Assembly: GCA_964016885.1 (NCBI GenBank)
Contig: OZ024754.1
Span: 26,164,001 to 26,228,000, forward strand
DNA from: Eledone cirrhosa
Taxonomy: Eukaryota
Direction: 5' to 3'
DNA length: 64,000 nucleotides
The notes under the pieces are model-generated. The model had not been told where the DNA came from. It did no database searches and saw only the letters and a list, made by a program, of their open reading frames with translations. Positions 13,401-26,500 of the stretch are shown in pieces. How positions within the stretch are numbered: the stretch's first letter is position 1; each line of letters begins with the position of its first letter. The position numbers and the translations under genes are program-made.

Positions 13401-16400
13401 AACCACAGGTTGACAGAGTGGATAAAATGTTGTGTAAGGAGACATGACAGCATGTGAACTGTATGTGTGGCCTATTGGTTAGGGTGTTGTACTAACGATC
13501 CTAAGATCATGGATTCAATTCCTGAGCATCCTCATAGGCTAGATAAAGCTAAGTGAGTTGTAAAAGATCTCGATGACATAATAGGATTGATGACCCAATC
13601 ATTAAAACTCTTGCTTCCATATTTCTGATGAAAGACACTTCCTATGATTTTCAAATAATTTTGAAAATAATTAATAATTTGGAAGAATTTGGTAATATAG
13701 CTAAGTTTCTAATTATTAAGCTGGTTTTGAATATAATTGAACAAAATTTCTTACATAAAATTATGATGGAAGGTTTATTTTTTAGATAAATATAAACACT
13801 TTAACCCTTTACTTGCCAAAACTGGATCTGGAGCTATGAAATAAAATCACCCATTTTAAAGGTTTCCAATTTAAATTAAAATCTTTCAACATAATTTTAT
13901 ATACGAACCTGACATTAAGTTACTATCTTAGTAACGAAATAATTTGTTTGTAAATCTCTCAAAATTCTTCATTAATTAATTAAAATAGTGTATTTCATTA
14001 GAAATGCAGTCATGAAAGGATTAAGGCAAACAGTTTTGCACTATATGATCAAGGATAGTTTGGTATTAAAAGGATTAAATCATCTGAGATGCAACCTAGT
14101 AGGTAGCCTGCTAAACCTACATAAGTGTGAACTGTAAATTTCATCTTATTTTTCCTACTGTCATTTGATGCCAACATAGTCTAGTCTTCTTCCAATCACT
14201 CAGTACTATTGAATTTGAAGATATTTTTAACTTATCGTTGAGGACTTTGTTCTGTTGTGGTTATTGTACTGTAGTGGTTAATATATTGTAAGCCTAGACT
14301 GGACTATATGTGCTGTCACTCATACTATACTAGTGAAAGGTTATAGCTTGTGACGAAGAAAGAATTATACATTTGGTCTTTTTACTCAACAATTTATTAT
14401 AATCTAAATGGTTTGTTTTGTTTTTGTAGCATATGGAATATGACTCTGAAGCCAATCAAGCTATCAGACAACTTGATGGATATTCAGTCTGCAATTCAAG
14501 GATACGGGTTGAGGTAAAAATAAATTTTTCTTCAAACTTTGTTGTATAATGGTATGTTAGTCTGCTTAAAGTTACAAAAATAAACCTTTTCTCTTAAGTG
14601 TTTTAAAAGAATAAATATATTTAAATATAATTTCACATAATTCATCCATTTAACAATCTATTGTTAAACATCCATTAGCAGTTTTATCCAAACAGATTTT
14701 ATCTTTGTATATATAAATATTTAAGCAAACATGAATGAGAAATATTTCTCTATTTACTCTAATATTTATCTTTTATCAACAAGTTTTTTTTTTTAATTGT
14801 GGATTTCTGTTCAAAAGATATATTTCAATAACTGGGCAACACATATGCTTAAAATGTAAAACAAAGAAAATAAGTAGGAAATAATGAATAGATTCTTATT
14901 TAGAATCTTTTCTTTATTGAATTTAGTGATAAGATCATTATGATGCAAATCAGCATTGCTGTCATATATACTCCAATACAGTGGGAGTTTTTATGGTCAA
15001 ATTTATATGTGGGATCACATCAAAAACAGGTATTTGTTTTTATGGTCAAGTTTATATGTGGGATCACACCATAAACAAGTATTTCTGGTGATAGTAATTT
15101 ATACCTAGTAACCTACTGTATATCTTTAAGGTACTGTTGGCTAACCTTAAAGTACTAGTTCTTTTTTGGAGACTGCTTTCAGTAGCCTAGATTCTCTCTG
15201 TTACTATATGAAGAAAAGAACATTATTTAATGCGTATGCTGCTTAAAATTTACAAGTTCTTATACAAATGAAGAAATGTAATATGTCAATCGTTTCAAAA
15301 ACGAACCTGTTATCTAGAAATAATTTTCATTTAAAATTACTATCATTTTAAGTCCATTTTCTCTGAGCCAGCCGCATGACAGATTTCAAATCATCATGGG
15401 GTCCTTTTTGAGGCAATGTTTTATGGCCAGGTTCCCTTCCTAACATCAGCCTTTTTAGTCACCTCTTACAGTATGTAAGGATATGGTGTACCTATTCTAA
15501 ACTGGATATGCACAGAATATTTATAACTCTTTTATTATATTTTTAATGAAAAATACTGCAGATGATTTCTAAATCGGTTGAAAATAAAGAATAAAGAATT
15601 AAGGATTTAATAATATAACTTTCTCATTACTAAGCTTGGAACATAACTTAAAGGGTCAAATATTTATGAAAAGTTTTTAGATAATTAACAGCTTTGTATC
15701 ATAGAACCATGGCTATTTTCAAGTGGGTTGGTACCATAAGGGTTAATTGAAAACACTAGTTTATATTTTATTTAGTTTCAACAAATTTAGATATTTGTGT
15801 CATGAACATGAATGTCTTTTCCATATTTCATAACTTTCTATGTTTGTCAAATGTTATTCCTTGATGACTGATCTTGGTTTTAAAATTGTTTTTATATTCA
15901 TTTTCTAATAAAAGATTAGCTTAAATCTCTGTAGGATGACAAATTATGTGGCTTTCTGTTTTAACTTATATTTTATCACATACTTCTGAAGTGTCAAAAG
16001 CTTGTAACATCTTTCATTTTATATTAGATAAATTGTCCTCTAAATACCAGCCAAAATTTGATGATTGTCTTTGTTTAGAACAGGGACATTGATAATTTAA
16101 TTACAATTTCGATTTTCTTTAACACTTAACGATCTGTACCATATGAGACCTCATTGGCAAGACATTCTTAAAAAGTACAAAAGAGCACTATCTACATTAC
16201 CTGAAAAATTAAAGCATTTACTCTAATACTGCACATTTAACCCTTTAGCATTTGCATTACTCTATATATACTATTGTATTTTTGCGATAAAGGCTTTCTC
16301 GCATAATATTGAATCTATGAGACTTTGATATTATTTATTTTTGAGAACAATACCTTAATATCAGTATCAGTGGCCGATTACAGCCAGTTTTAACAGAAAG

Positions 16401-17377
16401 GGGTGAGAGAATTATGGCCGATTTAAATGCTAAAGGGTTAATGTTGGTATGAGTGGGCAGTTTGAACAGACAGGTGAGAGAATTCTGGCCAGATATGGTC
16501 AGTTTAAATGCTTAAGGGTTAAACATCAAGTCCCATTTACAATAAGTATGTAGTAAAATATGTGAAGGGTTAACAATGACCTGTGTACTAGTAAAGATAC
16601 TATAAACATTTGAACTAACAAAGCCAGTTTTAACAATTTTCTGCTAAATCATCTCAAACTCTCAATATCCTGTAATTATTTAGCAGAAAATATTTTAAGA
16701 TGAGCTTATTAATTGAAATGTTTATAGTAACCTTTGAGCAAATTTTAACAAACAGATAGTTGTGAAAATTTGCAGTAAACCAGACTTTTAAAACCTTTTC
16801 ATTACCATATTTCTAATGTAAAAAGAACTTCCTACAATTTTTAAATAATTTTGAAAATAATGATGAATTTGGAGGGATTTAGATATGATAGTGTTTGGAG
16901 CATAACACATAAAAATATAGTGGAAGGTTTTTTAGTTAAATATAAACACTTAAAACCAACAGTTTTGTATCGTAGAAGCAGGACCAACTACAGCCAGTTT
17001 GGTATCAAAGGTTTATTTATGCAAAGCAGAATGTTTTTTACTTTACAAGAATATATTGCTAATGCTGTTTCATCTGGAACCAGACATTAAAATTTAATTA
17101 AATACACTAAGAAACCATAGTATTTATTTGTATTTCAATCAATTTTTGCTTGTACGAAGCAAAAGAGAAAAAAAACACTCGTGCTTAATTATTGATGCAT
17201 TATATGTAGTCTAGCTCACACATATATTTATATATATATCAATGTTTAGTTAAAATGTTAAACAAATGTGTAATTTTCAGTGCACATGTTGCTTATTAAC
17301 TTGTTTCAGTTTCTACTAATCAGTGTTTGTCTTGCTGTGTCAAAATTAGCAAGTGTGTGTGTGTACGTATGTGTATG

Positions 17378-17416
<39 letters not shown>

Positions 17417-17481
17417 GAGTGCGAGGTGTCATTTATTTGTACAGCATGCTTTATTAGTTTTAACTCAATGTTATAAAATAT

Positions 17482-17525
<44 letters not shown>

Positions 17526-20500
17526 GTTTAGTTGATATTGTTTTTGTTGTTTTTAATACTGCATTTGCTTACCAAACCTAACCCTTTTATGACCATATTT
17601 CTTATATAAAATGCACTATTTCAATTATCGTACTTCCCAGCGTGGAAGACACTCCTCCCTCTCCCGCAGTAATGGAGGCCAAAGGTTATGTTAGTCATTA
17701 CATTAAAGTTTTTTTCCCCATTCCCCAAAGTTTAGCAACTCAAAATGGGGTGGGAGGAGGTCTTCAAAGCTGTGATATACAACATTTTCGATGGATTTAC
17801 TGAAACTAATTTTAAAAAAAATGGTTCTTATTACAAATTTGAAGATTTTAATTTAAATGGAGACCCTTTACTATGAGTGGTTTTATTTCATTGAACCAGA
17901 GGAAGTTTTGGATGGGTTGGTATCAAATGGGTTAATATTTAAAAAAAAAAAAGACAACTAGTAATTGAAATTTCAAAAAGATATCTTTTGTTTCTTAGTT
18001 TTACTTCGCTGAGTTCAAGTGCAAGCTTCTGTGGTAAACTTGTGGAACCATCCATTTCTGTAGACAGTTGGTAATCACCAACATAGAAAGCTTGAAATAT
18101 AAACACATACAGAGTATTTAACCCTTTAATATTTACATTACTCTATATTTACTATTGTATTGTGGTAAATGTTTTATCTCACATAATATTGAATCTGAGA
18201 TTTTGAGAACAAAACCTTAACATAAGAGTGAGCAGTTACGGCTGGATTGAACTTCTATGATTTGTTTCAATTCTTTTACTGGTTTCAGTCATTGAACTGA
18301 AGCTATGCTGGGACATTAGAGGGATTTAGACAATATTGTTAATCAACTCTCGTACTTTACACGTCTGTTATTTATGTTATGTTTTTTTTTTGTTTTTTTT
18401 TTTATTGTCCCAGAAACCTATCTATTCAATATACAGAGATCAATAATATATATTGTACCAAATTGCACTCACAAGGCATTGGTGAAACTAAGGCTATTGT
18501 AGAAGACACTTGCCCAAGGTGTCACATAGTTGACCTGGACCTGAAACCAGATGTGTTCCAGCTAACAAAACAGAAAAAAATAATTCTAAAAAATCATATA
18601 CAATTTAAGTTTGGTCTGCATTTAGTGCAATTTAGTTATAGCTGCTTGTTGTGTACATGTGCAGTACTGCTGCACATGTACTAGTGTTTGCTAATTATGA
18701 CGCAATGTTTCACTTGTGATTAAACCAGGTTGAAAAGCAAGACAAAAAATAGTGTTAAAATAAAATATAATTTTTGTATTCTATAAGTAGTTTGGGCTGC
18801 TCACTCCTTCATTAACAAATTTATTACCATATTTCTAATAAGATAACTATTTGAATTAATCAATGAAGAATTTAGTAGGATTTACTAAAATAATTTCAGT
18901 TAAGATGGTATTGGTACCATAGCAAAACGGTTTTTATATAAAATTTTGTTCAAATGCCCCATAGAACTAGAAGTATCTTTGTGGGTTGATCTTGAAAGAT
19001 ACAAAAGATATAAGGGGTATATCTATTTCACTTATGTGAAAATTGATCACATCAGTGGTTATGATAGATGACAACCAAACTTCCTGGCCACAGCTGAGTC
19101 TGTTTTGCTTTGATTCTTCATTGTTGCTTATATAGTGTATAGGCCTAAAATTGCAGATCCATCTAAACTCTTTTCCTGTGACATCAAAGAATATATGTAT
19201 GTACATGTGTGTGTGTATATAATAGCAACATCTAGTTAATAGGAGTGTGTGTGTGTATTGAAGTATTTACACAGTAGTTAATTTGCTTTTGTGTGTTTTG
19301 CTTATCTGTAATTCATGTTGAATGGATAATGTCCCATTATGTGCTTGTGTTTGTGCATAACGTGTATATATAGCTATATATACAAGCTTGGTGTATATAC
19401 TAGCTTAATGTGTATATATCTATATATACCAGCATAGTGTATATACTAGCCTGAGATGTATATATCTATATATACTAGTATAGTGCCCATAAAAAAATGA
19501 TAGGGGTCTATTTCTGTCTCCTCCTCACAATTATTCTTAATTGTTCTGCTTAAAGCCTTGCTCCATATTCTTTGTTTCATTGTCTGCTCACTTGACTGCC
19601 TTGTTGGCTCTCTTTCACTCCCCTTCTATCATTTCCAACCTATCTATCTGATCTACATTCCTTTATAATATTTTATTTCACTTTCAGCATATCTTCGACT
19701 TATCATCCACATTACTTTGTCATGTTACCTCTCTAATTCCTCTCCTATCTTTGCTGTTGCAGAGCGCTATCATTTTTTCTCCACCTGTCCACCTCCATGT
19801 TATCTCTTCCTTGTTCACTCTTTCTCTTTTCTCTCCCCATATTTCACTGCCTTCCATGACCGAATTCTCTCTTTCTCCTTCCCTTCCTCCCCTCTATCAA
19901 TCACATTCATTTATCTTATCAACTCCTCTTCCACCTCGGGCGACCATCACTCCTTCCCTCTGGATTCCTTATAGCATGAAAGACATGAATATTGATAAAA
20001 AACAAATTCCAAGGCTGTGAACTGGCTTGTGGGTCCTGCACTGCTACCCACGTTGGTCCACATAGAGGCACGTGGGTCTATGACCTTGAAGAATTGCCAA
20101 CACTATATGTATAGGATCTTTATATAGTACGTGGTTTAATTGATACATGTTTCATAGTGTATGGATAATGCAAACCCTGAACATGTAGCAATTAATTTAA
20201 GTATTATTTTAAAGACCCTTTCTAACTCTTCACCCTGATACAGATATGTACTTGTGTGTATATATATATGTTGAACACTCATATCACTTACGTCTGAAAT
20301 TCATGTTTTGCCCTGTTTTTAATGTATTTTTCTCATTTTATCCTCAAATTATTTGTTTACTGTTAACATTTCCTTAAAAATTTACCCCCCCCCCTTTTTT
20401 TTTTGCATTGCTATATTTTAAAACCTCAAACCTGACTTATTGAATGGTAGTGTATAATAAAATTGAGAGGCGGTTGAGCTTCCAAGTTTTGTGGTACAGA

Positions 20501-23500
20501 TTTTGGAGTCCGTATCTAAGTGGTGTAAATATTTAATATTTTGAAAGCTAATTATATAAATTCGTTTACTTTTTATCCTTTACGTACCAATTTCTCTACA
20601 TACCAATAAAAATAAAATATATATACCTTCCTTCCTGTATTTATTTTTGTTCCCTTTCTTTGGAAGGGATATGTGTATATGTATACATACATGTATAGTG
20701 AGTGCGCTGTAGTCTACAATATATTTGTCTGAGGCAGCTATTTAACACTCCATAACAGACTATTAGAAAGTGACAATCTATTTGGTTTGAAATGTTAAGG
20801 ATCAGACTATGCCACAGTTTTTAGAATTTTTTCTTCCAAACATTAAAGAATTAAACTACAAATGATTTCACTAAGATTAAAAAATATATATATTGTTATG
20901 GAGCATTCTAGTCACCAAGTTTGAGACAAATACCTACATTGGTGCTTAAAATGTTGTGTAAAGCCTATTTATGAATTGAAGTTGTTTTAAAAGAAAACTA
21001 TTTGCTTCAGTGACATAGAAAACTAATCCTTTTCTAGTCTTATTTCTAACAAAGTAATACTACCTACTATGTACTTCAGTTGGAGGGAATTACTAAAGTG
21101 ATTGTCATTAGGAAGGGTATATAGCTATAGAAACCCTGCTAAAATTGTAATGTAGGAAGATGTGGTTCCCCAATCCATGCCAGTATGAAAAGCAGTTACA
21201 AGAGGATGGTCGTCATTTCTGCATTAATAAGCTTGTGGTTGGAACTAGAACCAGAGGCAGCCTCAGGTGGGTTGGCGTTAAGATGGCTTAGCTTATTAGT
21301 TTGCTGAAAGCCTGTACTACTACTACTACCAAAGTAGCAAGTTGGGATGGTTTTAGCTTATTGTATTATCTTTACAGCCCATTACTTCTTTTTTGCTGCT
21401 AGTTCATTCAGCTGTGAAGTAAGTTTGGAACAAAAATTGTGCATTATTGCGAAACTTATTTGTTTGGCACCTCTACAAGAATCTTGTTGCTACTTATGTT
21501 AATAAAAGCTAGAAGAAACTTTGATTAGTTTTCAGTAGCAATTCATTTAAAATCCTTTATTTATTTATTTATTTTTTTTAAGTAGTGTTTTTGTTGATTC
21601 TGTTAATTTCATATTTGCACAAATAACTGAGATTTATGTTACAGTTAATTACATTATCAATTACAAACCACAACAGGGATGTGGGATTTCTCTACTTACG
21701 TTTTCTGCTAGGTTTTACAGTTTCATTATTAATCAATATAGTCTGAGGCTTAATAAATTTGTCACCCTAATCTCAGAGCTGTTTTTTCCCCAACAACTAC
21801 CCCAAAGTTGCATCCATTTTTTTGGTCACTCACTCCACATCATCCATGAGGGGATCTCATTTATGAGGCAGCCATGCCACAGATCCTTCCGTGTTGGAGT
21901 AAATGACAAGGTGGACAGTTCATAATATGAATTGGCACAAACAAGTCTGATCTTGTTCTCACATATATGTCTACTTTTGGAATTGTGACTAGTATCTGTG
22001 ATGCAGTAGATGCACTGTCTGATGTTAGAATCACAACTGGCTGACAGTATTTGCACCTGACATCTGATCACTGAATGCCCTGGTTGAATTCAGTTCAGCT
22101 GAACTTTGGAATACAAGTAATAGGGAAATATGTTATAATTCTTTGTTAGTTCCTATGGCTGCTTTCTCATAGATGTATTTTGGATAGTTTTCTTTTGTCA
22201 CTGTTAAACATGGTTACCACACTTCAACTTTTACATGTTTACGGGGTTTAATGATTTAAAAAAAATTTATTCACCGACAAAATAGGTGTATGTGTGCGTG
22301 TGTACATATGTGTGTGTATATGTAAATATGTGCGTGTGTAATTTCATGCATATATAACATTAAAAAAAATAAACCCTACTGCATTGTTATTCAATATCAG
22401 GGAAAGGGTGTATAAAACTTAAACAAACGAAGACACTACTCTATTGCTTATTTTGGGGGTCAAATGATGAAAATTAATTTTTTTCGTAGATTTTTATTGC
22501 CCTTATCAACGGCCTTATTTTAATTTTTTTACATTTGTGATGTATATAAAATATTTGCTGATAATGTAATAGATAACGTTTAATTCAGTGTTAAAGAATG
22601 TTGATCATATTTTGTCGATCTTGATGCAATTTTTTGAAAACTTTTCGTGTTTATATTCGTAATGAAATACCGTGTACATGAACTAACTAGTGTACCATAT
22701 GAAACCACAAGACAGTACAGAACAGAAAATACAAAACAGCACTATGACTGTATCTCATGAAATATTATTTTTCACTCTAATACTACAATCTGTCTACTAC
22801 AAACATTTGAATTAACAAACCTATTTTTAGGTATTTTCTATTAAATCCTTCCAGGATGTAATAGAATAATGAGGAATTCAGAAGGCCTCACTAAAATGAT
22901 TAAATATTTCATTAAATTGGTATTTATATGAAATGTAACTTTGTATAAATTATGTTCGAATATTTGCATATATGCATTTAAATAGGAACCCTCTAAAATT
23001 TTGGTTTTCTTTTATTGAACCAGAGTTTTTTGAGTGGGTTGATATCTAAACATTTTAAAATACATTTTTCAGAAAAGGGGATATAAAATTCAGTTCAACA
23101 CATGCAATTTTACTCTGTGTATTTGTGTATACATCCATATATAAATATATATATACATACATGCAAAATGCACACACACGCACACACATCGATTATTTTA
23201 AGTATATCCGTTACTATGGTTTCAATATTTTTTTTTTTAAGTATTGAAAAGTAGTTTGTGTTGTGTGTGTGCATGTATGTATATACAAATATATGTATAT
23301 ATATATGGATGTCTCTGTGTGTGTACATACTCTCCTCGGAATGGCCGATAGATTTCTTAATTAAAAAAAAAAAGCACTAAATAGCTATTTCCATGTTTAG
23401 ATGGCAAAAAAATTGTTGTTGTTGTTGTGCAAAATTTCTACCAAACTCCCGTGTTTAACAGTGTTAGGGCCGACCCCCAAACTCAGCCGTAACGCCTGAG

Positions 23501-26500
23501 AGTACTAAGTTGCTGCCTGCATTTCAAGGACGGACCGTTATTTAGCTTGCGCCAGTGTCACCCGTGAATAGATTCTGCCAAGGCCCCCTGACGTAAACAA
23601 GAAATAGCAATTCCCAAGGAGGACAAAATGGAAGTCCCCAGCGAGCGTCATAAAGGTATGTTAAAAAGTGGTTTTACGTTCTGCAGATATTTTTTGCGTG
23701 CGTTCCTTCTTTTTCCTAGTTGATGGATGTTGAGTGTAATTTGAAGAATGTGTAATGTTAGTATGGCTGTCTGTTGTGTTGTTTTGTTCAAAGATACCAC
23801 CCTCTGTAGTACCTTTTAAGTACTACATACGTACGGTAGTACCTATAGAGGATTGCAGTATTTGTAATTCCAAGTGAGGAGCACTTCAGTTCAAAGTGAG
23901 ATTAAGAATCTCAATGTAGGACTTGAAAGTGAAAGTAGCAATTTCAAAATAAGATTATTCCTTTTGTGGCCACATTTCTAACAAAATACACTCTTAATAA
24001 ATTGAAAAAATTTGAGGGATTTTTCCTGGTACACCAATTGGTGTATGGAAGGACATCTACTGTAGAAACGGTGCTAGAAATTGAGGACACTTCAGTTGTG
24101 TCAGGGACATAACCTCTCTAGTGCTCGTGCCACAAAAAGCGCACCCTGTCAAATGGTTGACATTAGGAAGGCATCCGATCTTAGTCTTAAAAAACAATGA
24201 GTTGAGAGGACCTTTTAGTTGTTTCAAGGGTATGGCAAATTCCCTAGTGCTGGTGCCACGATAAAACGTACCCAGTACATTCTGTTGAGTGGTTGATGTT
24301 AGGAAGGGCATCCAGTTGTAGATACCATGCTAAAGGGTTAAAAGACTGTTTGGTTGTGTCAAGGACAGATTGCCTCCGCAGTGTTAATGCCACAATAAAA
24401 TGCTCCCAGTACACTATGTAAAGAGTAGAAAGAAATGTATATGGACAAGATGCGACCTAGTTCATCTCTGACGAGGCTTGATAGCATGGAAAGCTGGATG
24501 TTAAACATCATTACTAAGTTAGTAACTTAACTTAAGGTTGTTACATAAAATTATGTTGGCAGATTTTGAAATAAGAAACCCTTATGGTTTTGTTTTATTT
24601 GTAATATGTATTCTCCAACAGATACAATCTTCCTTGTAAGAAGATACATTAATATGTTGTTGGCTCACTATGAAATCATTCTCACTTTGATGTGATGTGT
24701 CCTTACTTAGAATTAGAAATACTCTATTACTTTGGTGCAGTGGTACTGTTGATTTGTGACCTTCACTTAGTTTCTTTGTATGTGTTTGAATACTTGTATT
24801 TTATGTCTGTGTAACAGTGCATGTGTATAAACGTGTAAATTAATTGTGTAAGATGCAGGCATGGCCGAAGTTTTGTTATGTAATTATTAGGTCCTGGGTT
24901 TCATTCCCACTGCGCGGCACCTTGGGCGTCTTCTACTGCCATTACCTTGGGTTGACCCAAGCCCTGTGAGTGAAATTGGGTTGGTGTTGAAAACTGTATG
25001 GATGCCCGTCGAATGGACCGTGTCTACATTAAAAAATTATTTTTTTAAAAAGCCAGCTTTGTCGCTATGTCACTTACTGATTCTGTCTGAGAATTACATT
25101 AACGGTACAAGTGTCTGGAATACTCAGCCACTTCCATATTATATTTATATATTCAATGACTGTTGTCGATCAGTTGATCGAACACTGAAATAATCTTAGT
25201 CAAAAACAACAAAGGAAGCGTTTACTACTTTATGTAAGTGTTTATTTTAGTGAATTAATTTGTAGAAATAAAATATATATAAAAAAAAAAAAAAACATTT
25301 GAAAACCTTTTCATAGAATTAATTTCAAGTTTTTCAAAATTGAAATTGGGTAATATTTAGTGCCAAAGGGACGCTTCAACTCACTAAGTTTCATATTTGG
25401 TGTGTTTTTTTCCAACCCATCCAAGTACTCGTGTTTCCGTTGCGTAAACAATCTATACGAGACATATCTACGACACGTTGATCAGAATCGTTCAATTGCG
25501 TAAGTTAGAATATGAGGATCTTGATTTAAAATAAACAGAAAGAAAAGAAATTAAATTAAATTAAAAAATTAAATAAAATCAATTCGGTCTACACACACTG
25601 CGTTATTAAGCGTGTTTTCCCCCCTACAACTTTGGAGCTTTGCCCGTTTAGCAAATGCTAAAAAGAAAACCCCCAAGATCATTAAATTGCGTTATTTAGT
25701 CATTCTCAATTACATTGACCGAAATTTTACCGATTAAATCTTTGAAGATGAAGAAGCATCTCTCTTACTTTTGATTATATGTCAGTTGTCTAAAATTTAA
25801 AAGAAGAAAAATGATTCCAAAATAAATTTAATAGCAAATACAGCTGGACTGATTATGATGTTAGATAAATTTTAATATATGAGATTTAGTGTGTTGTAAT
25901 TAATGGAACCTACTACTTAATTTCTACATACCATTGGAAGTTCTACAGAAAGTGTACCAAACTTTTTTCTGTCTTTGTCTTTTTATCCTTCATTTTATTA
26001 ATAGTATTTCTTGTTTCAGCTCATTTCATTTTTCAACTGTAAAAATAACAAAAAGCATCTGGTCGTGTTGGGTCAAGAGAATTTTCCTTTCTAATCATTA
26101 TCTGCTCCCCCCCCAGTTTTTTTTTTTTGCAAGGCTATTTTATTTTAGGTTTTGGCTTACGTTCATCGTAGACTAAGATTTTTCAAGAATGGCTCCAGGG
26201 AATAGATTTCTAAATATCTAAAAAGCTTTCGTTGCTTTAGGAAGTGATTTTCTTTTTCAATTAAATTTTAAAATATTCAATAATTTGGAAGGATTTGGTA
26301 ATACAGGTAAAATTCCGTTATAACAAATACCATTATAACAAATTTTTTAGTATAAGGACATTTTATTTAATCCCTGGCCACATGCTCTGTGTGTTAGGTC
26401 GATCTCATTGTGAAGAATTTTTTGTTGCAACAAAATTTTTCATATACCCTGTGTTATATAGCAAAATTTCACTGTATAACTGACTTTCTCATTATTAAGC

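Noticed and set aside
14988-15085. Duplicated ~50-bp segment reading ..LYVG.., considered as an RRM2 exon
   Set aside because: Short local tandem duplication with no continuing RRM sequence or suitable exon structure.
16125-16226. Short coding-looking frame [33 protein letters not shown]
   Set aside because: No convincing acceptor and no recognisable homology; expected by chance.
19717-20020. ORFs in the pyrimidine-rich tract
   Set aside because: CT-rich composition lacks stop codons and yields low-complexity S/F/L/P translations.
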